Shown: positions 53,296-64,000 of the stretch, in pieces
How positions within the stretch are numbered: the stretch's first letter is position 1
Layout of the letters: every line of letters begins with the position of its first letter
Assembly (NCBI GenBank): GCA_951406725.2
Contig: OX597816.1
Span: 157,852,001-157,916,000, forward strand
Direction of reading: 5' to 3'
DNA from: Octopus vulgaris
Lineage: Eukaryota
DNA length: 64,000 nt
The notes under the pieces: model-generated
The model's input: the letters and a program-made list of their open reading frames with translations, nothing else
Database searches by the model: none
Told to the model about the DNA's origin: nothing
Translations under genes and position numbers: made by a program

Positions 53296-53783
53296 CACAC
53301 ACATACATACATACATATACATACATACTGGATGAGCCAAAAGTCATGCACAAAATTCAATATGTTCTAGAATTGTCCATGACATGTTTCAGTTTTTCTA
53401 AAATTGAATAAAACAATATTGAACACATACGTACTTGTACACGTTGAACAAAATGAATAATAATAATAACAATAATAATAATAATAATAACTACACTCAT
53501 GGAGTGGTTGGCGTTAGGAAGGGCATCCAGCCGTAGAAACACTGCCAGATCAGACTGGAGCCTGGTGCAGCCTTCTGGCTTCCCAGACCCCGGTTGAACC
53601 GTCCAACCCATGCTAGCATGGAAAACGGACGTTAAACGATGATGATGATGATGATAGCAAAAGACATTTATTTATATAAATATATATATACACACATACA
53701 TACACACATATATATATATACAGACACACACACACACACATATATATACACAGACACACACACACATATATATATATACACAG

Positions 53784-53853
<70 letters not shown>

Positions 53854-53936
53854 AAAGACATTTGTATGAATCTCAAAAGATATTTACAGTAAAATATAGT
53901 TATAAAAGTATTTAAAAAAACTAACAAAACAAGGAG

Positions 53937-53993
<57 letters not shown>

Positions 53994-54146
53994 ATTTAAA
54001 TGCTAACAGGACTTCTGAATTGCCATTTGTGTGTGTCATTTGCTGATATATAACAGAGAAGGATGTAAAACATTGGTGAGTAAACCAAAGAATTGGTGCT
54101 TTTCAACAAAAAGCTTTGCAATATTTGTTCTGCACCAAGTTACATA

Positions 54147-54198
<52 letters not shown>

Positions 54199-54479
54199 TT
54201 ATCAGGAATGCTGGGATCCATTGGCAATGAATGAATAAATAAATAAATGAAATATCAGCTTGGTAGAACAGATCCCTCTCTAAGCAACTGTCAGGAGTCA
54301 AACAAAGCACCATGAAGTAACAAACACTTGGGACACTTCCTAGTGTTGTTGCTGGTTACAACAGTGAGCTGTTCTGACTTGTGAAAATTTATTTGAACCA
54401 AGTCCAAGAATGATTAGACTATTTGACAGATGATTTACATGAACCTGAACACTATGAGCTCAATATGAATTACTAAACT

Positions 54480-54952
54480 TTAATTCTTTTGACACCAACC
54501 TGCCTGAAATCACCTATGGCTCTGTTATACAAATGTCTTGTTTTCAAAATCTTCCACCAAACCTTAGTCACAAATTTATGTTCCTAACACTAGCTTAGTG
54601 ACAATTTAGTTATTTTACTAAATTCTTTGTTATATTTAAAATTAATTGAAAGAAACACAGAGAAGCTCACCAGAAATATGATAAAAAAAAGGGGGGTAAA
54701 ATATATAACAGAGAAACAATTCTTAACCCTTTTGATACCAAGCTGGCTGAAACTGCGTCTGGTTCTGTAGTACAAATGTCTTGTTTTCAAAAGTTCTGAA
54801 TTAAAATCTTCCACCAAACCTTAGTCACAATTTATGTTCATAACACTAACTTAATGACAATTTAGATATTTTACTAAATTCTTGGTTACATTCAAAATTA
54901 ATTGCAAGAAACACAGAACATCTCAACAGAAATATGGTAACAAAAGGGTTAA
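54480..54952. mobile_element. Two adjacent copies of a second TTAA/CCCT-ended (piggyBac-like) MITE; more copies at ~45686-45900, 58228-58451 and a partial one at 38120-38350
   Basis: ttaa|cccttttgatacc...ggtaacaaaaggg|ttaa (54723-54952). The internal aaaatcttccaccaaaccttagtcacaa...tattttactaaattc occurs in both copies. Confidence 0.75.
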
Positions 54953-55549
54953 AATAGCTATCCAGTACATTATAGACAACTGACTCAGCCAGCTGTGCTC
55001 CTGCATATCAATGTACTTCTGTGAATCATACACATCTCAGTTGCTATGTTTCACTAGCATTCAATGTCATTCTTTTGACACTGCCTAACGCACAATCTAC
55101 CTTATGTTTACATTATTTATATTCAGTTGTGTAAATAGATGTGGATGAATAGATTCCAGATAAGGCAAGCTGGTAGAATCATTAGCATGTGGGGCGAAAT
55201 GCTTAGTGGTATTTCGTCCGTTTTTACATTCTGAGTTCAAATTCCACTGAGGTCAACTTCGTCTTTTCATCTTGTTAGGGGTCGATAAAATAAGTACCAG
55301 TTGAGCACTGGAGTTGGTGCAATCAACTTAACTACTCCTGGGTATGAGTATAAAGACCAAATTTCTCTTCCAAGCCATGTTGAGTTAGTGTGGCAAAGTA
55401 GGCTCATCAAACAGTATGATTTCAAGTCATTCTCTAGTGGCGAGAACATACTGAGAAGGTCTTCATCCCGAAGTGAACAGAACAAGGGTAATCCAATAAT
55501 CTAACAGAGTTTTATTTCATTTATTGTGTGTGTAAACTTGATTATTAAC

Positions 55550-55609
<60 letters not shown>

Positions 55610-57582
55610 GAAAGAAAGGGACTGCAGTGGATGCCATGTGACCAGCAAAACAAAGTAACTAATCATTAATAGCATTGCTACATTATACATCACGGACAAA
55701 GTGCAATCTTTTTATACACACACACACACACATTCATTCCCTTCAAACAAGAGTTTAGAATAAGAATACTTTTAATTAGCCAGTTTACATTTTAAACAAT
55801 GCTTACAGAATTGTTAATATTTAAACACACACACAAAAGAAAAAAGAAAATGGGAATAAATATTTCAGTAAATATATATCTCAGTGTTAGATATGTCTTA
55901 AATCTGCAGGCAAAGTTATAATTAATTTTTCAAAAGACTTTCAAATTTGCTTCGGCTGAACCAGCAGAAATGAGTTATAAATTATATTATTGCTTGTTGT
56001 TTAGTAGTAGATTTAGGTCAATGATTTACTAAAATGTCACTAAAACAACTATGTGGAGTGGAGAATACTGTCTTATGTTGGCTCTTTCTGCAGAGTTTAG
56101 CAGTACTGTTGCTGAGTGGAATGTTAAAAACACAAATGATTGTATGTGTAACAGGAGTGGGAAGGCAGTAATTTATGCATAATTAGTGAAGGACTTCTTA
56201 GTTGGTTTTGACTAATGATGTTGATGGTCTCTTGAGGCCAATACATTAGAAGTCCATCTCTAGTAGGCTTGGTAAACTTACATTGTGACGATTATTTTGA
56301 GAAACTCATCAAACTAGATTCTGGTTAGACAAGAGGCTGATTTATTTATGAAAAGCAGATGTAATTTATATTCGAGGTAACCATAAAGTTTTTGCTTATC
56401 AACCATGTGGTTTTGGGTTCAGTCGCATTGCATGGCGCTTGGTCAGGTGTCTTCTACTATAGCTCCAGGTCAACCAAAGTCTTGTGAAAAGAGTTGGTAG
56501 ATGGAAACTAAAAGAAGCTTGTTGTATAAGTATTTTGTGTGTGTGTGTGTGTGTGTGTTGTATGCGGTATGTATGTACGTGTATCTTTGTTCTGATATAC
56601 ATCATCCTCGTCGTTTAACGTCCGCTTTCCATGCTGGCATGGGTTTGATGGTTTGACTGAGGACTGGCAAGCCAGAAGGTTGTACCCGACTCCAATCTGA
56701 TCTGGCAAGGTTTCTACACCTGGATGCCCTTCCTAACACCAACCACTCTGAGAATAGATAAAAGTGAGTTTTATTGTCATACAGGTGGTTTCTTCTATGA
56801 AAATATATCTGGCCACGAATATGCATGGAAACAGGTGAAGGTTGGTAAAAGGCAGGGCATCTGGCCATAGAAAATTGGCCTCAATGAATCTCATCTGACC
56901 CATGCCAACATGGAAAAGTGGACGTTAAAATGATGAAGATAGCTCAGCTAATACATGTTACCAAATTAATGCCTTTCATTTCATTTATTCATTTACCTGC
57001 TTCAGTCATCTGACTGCGGCCATGCTAGAGCACCACCTTTAATTGAACAAATCGACCTCAGGACTTATTCTTTGTAAGCCTAGTACTTATTCTATCAGTC
57101 TCTTTTGCTGAACTGCTAAGTTACAGGGACGTAAACACACCAACATCGGTTGTCAAGCAATTGTGGGGGGGACAAGACACACACACAAATATATACATAC
57201 ATATCATCATCATTGTTTAACGTCAGTTTTTCATGCTGGGCATGGGTTGGACGGTTTGACTGAGGTCTGGAAAGCCAGTGGCTGCACCAGGCTCTTTATC
57301 TGATCTGGCAATGTTTCTACAGCTGGATGCCCTTCCTAATGCCAACCACTCTGAAAGTGTTGTGGGTGCTTTTTACATGCCACCAGCACAGGAGCCAGTC
57401 AGGCAGGCCTGGCATTGATCACATTCAGATAATGCTTTTTACATTCCACCAGCACGTGAGCCAGTCGGGGGCACTGGTATTGGCCAGAATCAAGTAAAAC
57501 TCCTGAAGGAAGTGCCCAATCACAACCAGAGTTAAAATAATTCAAACTAATAAAAGAATATATAAAGTAAAAAGAAACTCAC

Positions 57583-57672
57583 TTTAGCAGTACCATCTTC
57601 ATGAACTAGAACATTTTGTGAAGTAAGATCCTGATAAACTAAATTCTTGGCTTCCAAATATGCTATTCCTGC
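57583..57672 (-). pseudogene. Degenerate copy of a Csk kinase catalytic-loop exon, with its splice donor, lying upstream of the SH3 exon
   Basis: Minus strand encodes AGIAYLEAKNLVYQDLTSQNVLVHEDGTAK|gtgagt versus human Csk [37 protein letters not shown] has decayed to YQDLTSQN. The 5' part is replaced by a SINE. Confidence 0.85.
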
Positions 57673-60600
57673 ATGGGCTTCTTTCAGTTTCCATTTACCA
57701 AATCCACTCATAAGGCTTTGGTTAGCCTGAGGCTATAATAGAAGGCACTTGCCCAAGGTGCCACGCAGTGGAACTGAACCCAGAACCATGTGGTTGGGAA
57801 GCAAGCTTCTTACCACACAGCCACGCTGCGCCTGGTGATATTTGAATTCTGGATATCATTTCTGCCAACTCCTAAATTTCTACAGTCAAGTTTTGTGTTT
57901 ATAAAATCTCAGACAACAAACTCAATACAGTCTGCAAACAATTTGTTTAGATTTTTGCGTAGTTGAGTTTTGCTAAGTGTCAAAAATACGTTCTAGATCT
58001 TGCAACAATGTTACTCACAATAGACTAGATATCTTAATTTTCCATGTAAACATGTTACTTAGCCCCTGGTCAGATCTGGTTAAGGAAACCTGTGATCAAC
58101 AATCACACCAATTGTCTTTTTTTGTTATTCAAATCCAGTGCTTTTAAGATCACATTATCTGATGGTGCTTTTCTTTTTTTCTTTTTAAGATGGATGTTAA
58201 ACGATGATAAAGATGGTAGAATGTGATTTAACCCTTTTGGACTCAACCCACCAGAACCTGCCCCTTCTTCTATGATACAAAATAACTGCTTTAAAGTGAT
58301 CTAAAAGCCATCCATCAAAATTCAGTGTTAATTTATAGTTGAAACACTAGCTTAATAACAACTAAGTTATTTTAATAAATTCATTATTTCCAAAATTAAT
58401 TGAAAGCAAAGCAATGTATTTCAACAAAAATATGGCAGCAAATGGATTAAAAAAGATTTTGTTATTTCTAACATGCTGAATGACAATGACAGAGAGACTG
58501 TCTCTCACGCTGGTTTGCAGTAAACATGTAGAAAGTCTCGGCTTGCCCATTAAGCCAGTGAATTTATTGGTATTTCAGCACCACTAATTTGTTTTGCTGC
58601 AGTTTATGACTGAGTCCCATCAAAGGACAAGGTAGCTTTTGATTTTATTGAACACACTGCATTACTATAAATCACTGCACTTCCTAAATACACATTTAGC
58701 TTTGTCTTGAAGTGAAAACAGAATTTATCTATTATCACTACAGGCTAGGAAGTCCTTCAACTTTTTCAAAACTTTAACCACTATTGTTATTATAAGTTCA
58801 ATGTCAACATTTAGATAGCAAATTGTCAGAGATACTCGATTATCAGATAGTAAGTGATAAAGACCAGTTGAAGTAGTAATACATAATTTGTGCATTAAAC
58901 TTTTTGGCTTGACACGCACAGACCATGCTTTTTTAGCAAACAAAACCCAGGATGTTGTTAATTTATTAACTAATTATCAGATATTCAGTACAAGATATTG
59001 AGTACACACACACACAAGCTTTCATTCTTTTACTAGTTTCAGTCTTTGGACTGTTGCCCTGCCAGAACACTGCCTCCAAAAGTTTAGTTTGTGCTAACAG
59101 GCATTGTATTTAATGTTTCTGCCAGCTCGCTTTCTATAGCTGGATGCCCTTCTTAACACCAACCACTGTATTTCAAAGAGCCAGCCTTGTCACATTCTGT
59201 GTCACACTGAATCTCCCTCAGGACAACATTAAGGAAACATGCATCTGTGGAGTGCTCAGCCACTTGTACATTAATTTCATGATCAGGCTTCTCTTTTGAA
59301 AGGATCAACTGGAACCTTAATCAACATAGCCAACAGAGTGCCAGTTAATACCAACTACAGTGTGTACTAGGTGTTTTTTTATATGGCACCAGCACCAGTG
59401 CTTTTTAACGTGACGCCAGCACTATTAAACAAATCCTATGTGCAACAAGAAATTGCAGAACCATCTTTCTCTGACTATGAGGGCCTACCATCATTTAATT
59501 GAATAGTTCAGTCTCCATGGTTACTTCATTTATTTCAGAGATAATTCATCTGCCTCTTGGCATCTTAAGAGCAAGCAAAGGTTCAAAATTATGATGATGA
59601 TTTACAATGAGAAAATAATCCCAAGATTCCTACAATTGTCATAGTTTATTTCCACATGTACCCGACTTAATTATTTGTCACCAATACATGTAGTATTAGT
59701 CTAGCCAATGGACATTGGTTAACCATTGGAAAGTCAACCTCAAATTAGTTCCTTAATCCTTAGCATTTAAACCACCAGCCATATGAAGCCCATATATTCT
59801 ACCTTTTATAAGCTCAAACCAGCTGGATCCAGCCTCTCACACTTACCCTACAATGTCATTATAAAAAAAATGGATTTCATCAAAATCTTGAAGCTATGAG
59901 ATAATTCATGATTGATTCAAAACAAAATGAATAAGTAAGCATTACATTTGACAGAGTAATCTGAATAAATGGTGGTGGTGGTGGGTTTAGAATTTTAGCA
60001 GTTATGTATTAACAAGTGTGACTGTGTAGTTAAGGAACTTGTTTACCAATCAAATGGCTTTAGGTTCAGTCCTACTGCATGATGCCTTGGGCAGGTGTCC
60101 TCTATAGCATTGGGCCAACCAAAGCCTTGTAAGTGGATTTGATAGACAGAACTGAAAGAGACCTATTGAGAGAGATAGAGAGAGGTGTGTGTGTGTGTGT
60201 GAGCGTCTCCTTGTCTTCACATTGTGTGATAGTTGTAAACAAGCATCACTGCCCTATAAGTGGCATCTTTTATTTCCAATCTTCCATGGAAATATGAGGA
60301 GATATTACCTTAGTTGGAAACAGGTGACGGTTGGCAACTGAAAGAGGATCCGGCCATTGAAAATTTGTTTTGATAAATTCTATCGAACACATGAAAGCAT
60401 GGAAAAGTGGATGCTAAACCAATGTTGTTGATGATGATGATGAAAACAATGTTATTTTCTGCATAATTTTCACAACAGTCTGCATCTATTCACTTTCGAC
60501 TGTTCAATATATAATTCAGTGCACAACTGGCTGCAATAATAATGCAGCAACCAGTCAGTGAAAAAGATGAGCAAGCTGTCTAAAATAACCAGGGCCGACT

Positions 60601-61599
60601 AAGCAAAAGAAAAACATGATATTCAAGTAGACAGATCTGAGAAATTTTGAAATACATACCTGTATAGTCTATACAGACATTAAAAAAATGGACTTGAAAT
60701 TAATTATGTTGTTGACTTTACATTTCTAAATATTAATTAATATTACTATGTACCTACTTACTAACTGTATTGCTGTCTGCACCTGCAGTTAATGATACTG
60801 TACTGAGTAATTAGATCAAGTTGTCTTTACTCTAAAGACCTTCTCCCTTTCTTCTCATTAACTCATTACTAGTAAAATGTACACTAAAAGACCCTCTGGA
60901 AATAAGGACAAAAATAACTTCTTTCATATTTTTTGTACTTATTTCGGTGACTAGAATACAACCATGCTAGAGCAGTGCCTTGAAGGATTTTGGTAAAAAA
61001 AGAAAAATCAACTCCAGTACTTATTTTTCATTTAAGTCTAGTACATATTCTGTCTCTTTGGCCAAAATGCTATGTTATGGGGATATAAACAAACCAACAC
61101 CAGTTGCCAAGAAGTGATGGAAACAAATGCATGCACACACAAATGGGCTTTTATAGGTTCATGCATAAAGCATTAGTTGCTCAAGGTGCCACACAAGGGG
61201 ATTGAACCTAGAACCACTTGATTGCAAAGCAAGCTTGTTAACCACACAACCATGCCAGTGTTTGTGCCTAAGAGAGAGAAAGAGAGAAAAAAAAAGAATG
61301 GACATAGGTGGGCTATCAGAAGCCCATGACCATTTTCAGGGCTTTTGAGACTGGTGGGAGGAACAGAGGAAGTTATTGCCAGACTAGACACATGGCCTGA
61401 ATGCTAGCAGCAGAGCAGACTCTGCTGAAGGAACTCCAGGACCAGGTGGTGGCACTGGTGGTGTTAAAGCAGTTGACAAGAGATTTGTTAAGTGTAGATG
61501 ATGCAGTAAAACAAAAGGACATGGCACAACAATTACAAGGTGATGGAAAATGAAAGCTTGTCTATCAAACATAACTAGCACTCTGTTGGTTATGTTGAT

Positions 61600-61885
61600 G
61601 AGGGTTCCAGTTGATCCTATCAACAGAACAGCCTGATCATGAATTTAATGTGCGAGTGGCTAAGCACTCCACAGACACATGTATCCTTAATGTAGTTCTG
61701 AGGGAGATTCAGTGTGACACAGAATGTGACAAGGCTGGCTCTTTGAAATACAGGTGCTACTCATTTTCGCCAGCTGAGTGGACTGCAGCAATGTGAAATA
61801 AAGTGTCTTGCTCAAGAACACAACACACCACAGGAAATTAAACTTGATGACCTAACAACCATGAGCCAAATAGCCTAACCACCTA
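61600..61885 (+). mobile_element. Further SINE-like dispersed repeat; copies at ~18570-18815 (+) and 59165-59345 (-)
   Basis: Shared agtggct.ag.actccacagaca..tgta.cctt.a.gtagttct..gggagattcag and aagtgtcttgctcaagaacacaa. Confidence 0.75.
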
Positions 61886-64000
61886 TCAAGCATAATGAAT
61901 GTTTGTCCATTAGATATAGTAAAGACTTCTTCAACAGACACAGTACAGTGAGGACATGTTCATCAGACACAGTTAAGACTTGTCTGTCACACATAGCAAA
62001 ATCTTATCAATCAGACAGCTTTATTTGGAAACAGTCAAGAATCTGTGTAAAAATATTATTGTGTGTTCTTGTATAAGAGAATGTACAGGATTGTAGCACT
62101 TTAATTCAACTGTGTTAAAATAAATATAAGTCTTTATCTGATATATTGGTAGCTACTAGGGTTACACATAATGATGTCATTACAAAAACAGAATGTAAAA
62201 CAAGAACATCTGTAATATTTATTGATTTATCCTGAGCAATAATAATTATCCATCTCCACATCATATACATAGCTCAAATTAGTTTCACTAATTAAGGTGT
62301 GAACACTGGAAATTGTGTGAATTCAAAAAGAAGTGAGAATACTATGAAAGCTATCAATAATCATGAAAAAGAGGGAAAAAAATCCATTATTTGCTAATCA
62401 AGAGTTAGGATGCCAGACATAAAGGGTTAAGAGTTCATATTCTGTCACCAGCATGACATTATACATGTGGCCAAGAAATTTGTTATTTAATACCCCTATC
62501 TTCTTAGCTGTAAATAGATACCACCCCAGACAGCAATGATGGTTTTTGTTGCTTCAATAAACAGTAGCAGAGCAAATGAGTTGATGAGAGAAAGCTTCTT
62601 TGTGGTTGCTTAATCTGCTAAAAATAGCAACCAAATTTCCCTCATCATACCCTCCAATGCCAAAGAGTACTAGAAGATGTAGTCAAGAAAAGAAAAAGAC
62701 TGGCTAGTCATGATTATGAAGCCTATTATTCAAGGTCTGTTGGATCAGAGTAGACTTTGTGATGAACAACAACACTAAAATTCCGAAATGTTGTGGTGAT
62801 GAGTTCAAATCTTCCTGTGGGTGTGTTTAGAAAAAAGACAGATCCTACTTGATCTCATTCAAATGCTGACACGGCTGATAACCCATTGATAACTACTACA
62901 GATTATGAAAAGTCAAGAATCATTAACCCAATCACCTGACAACAAACAAACAGAATGATTAACAAAAGAATCACTGAGAGCATGAATCTATACGGCACTT
63001 ATTATAGAGGAATAATAAACTAATCAATTAACTACACCACAGCTGGCGTGACTATAACAAGTGTAAGCAGCACAGCAGGTGTGTCTATAACATTAACTAT
63101 CACAAAGTGAAACTATACCAAAAAGTGTAAACACTACAAATTGTGTGACTATAGCAAGAGGTGTGACAACGGCATGTGTAAATGTTATCAGCAACCAGGA
63201 AAACAAAACCTGATAAGATAAAATCGTTGTCCCTACATAGTTACTTGACATGCAAGAATAAGCAGATATAGCTCCTTCAAAATTTTCTGTGCCATTTGTT
63301 GAGTATATAAACCGATAATCTGCTTGTTTCTCTGCAATTCATCAACTTGATGAGAAATCAATAAGATTTGAAAATCAATTAAGGCTGGTCATCATTTTTT
63401 ACAATCTACTGAGAAACAGCCAAATTAGCCCTGTTTATAAAGGTACAATATAGGTCACACAGAGACATACTAGATACAGCTCCTTGTTGCCTTACAACCA
63501 ATTATACGATATACGACTGATTGACTATGATGATTGGCGTGCCAGCACCCGGCAGCAATAATAGTCCAGTTGAAATCTAATGGGTTTAATTTCTTAGAAA
63601 TTAACCCATCTATGGATGATGTCATCTAACAAATACTTCCCCTAGATTTGGTTATTGGTCACCACTGTGTTGGATGACTATCCTGTCACGGAGACATCGA
63701 GGCAACTGTGTATTTTTTTGTAAGACGACTGCTTGTGACTCCAAAATTTTTGACTAACACCACTATAATAGTATAATACAGAATGCTGTGTGTGACTTTT
63801 ACCTGAGAATGTACCTTAAGAATGTAAAAATATAAAACAAAGGTACATAGGCCTACAGGCCGACTTACAACCAGTCGGTCAGAACCAATTGTGATCCTAA
63901 GTCAATAACGACCTGTAAATTAGTTCTGAATATAATTGGTTAGGAAAGAAGTTGGTCATGGCTGGGTTGTCAGTCAAATGATGAAAATATGACACACAAT

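Noticed and set aside
56270-56330. Minus-strand DEFLKIIVT followed by gtaagt, resembling the end of the missing SH3 exon
   Set aside because: An in-frame stop lies just upstream, the phase is wrong and there are no YxF or DLPF motifs.
60660-60668. Possible 9-nt microexon (tag|ACTATACAG|gtatgt, TIQ) that would insert in the SH3 n-Src loop
   Set aside because: The splice-like signals come from a small palindrome (ctgtatag-a-ctatacag) and the pyrimidine tract is weak; no independent support.
61173-61623. Minus-strand ORFs with PPVPPPGPGVP, considered as an N-terminal Csk exon
   Set aside because: No convincing splice sites, stops between the segments, and both ends run into SINE sequence.

Overview
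AT-rich, microsatellite- and SINE-dense animal genomic DNA. The repeat families look like coleoid cephalopod DNA, probably Octopus (inferred, not searched). The window lies inside one minus-strand gene, C-terminal Src kinase (Csk). Readable exons in transcript order: SH3 C-terminal half (37950-38050), SH2 exon A (34158-34383), SH2 exon B (26732-26951), SH2 end/linker/kinase Gly-loop (2895-3063) and the kinase VAVK exon (792-894). The first SH3 exon was not found and the rest of the kinase lies off the left edge. Main observation: the SH2 core is encoded by two tandem, intact, ~48% identical exons with the same phase 2 to phase 0 boundaries. Only one at a time keeps the frame, so they look like mutually exclusive exons that swap almost the whole phosphotyrosine-binding domain. 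Secondary observations: three non-consensus residues in exon B could each be reverted by one A-to-I edit; a dead copy of a Csk catalytic-loop exon sits fused to a SINE head far upstream (57583-57833); there is a candidate Pro-rich terminal exon and a candidate microexon near the SH2 cassette; and several long intronic hairpins are present. The rest is tRNA-SINEs, RTE-type LINE debris, hAT- and piggyBac-like MITEs and simple repeats. Most ORF-track entries are microsatellite or repeat artefacts.
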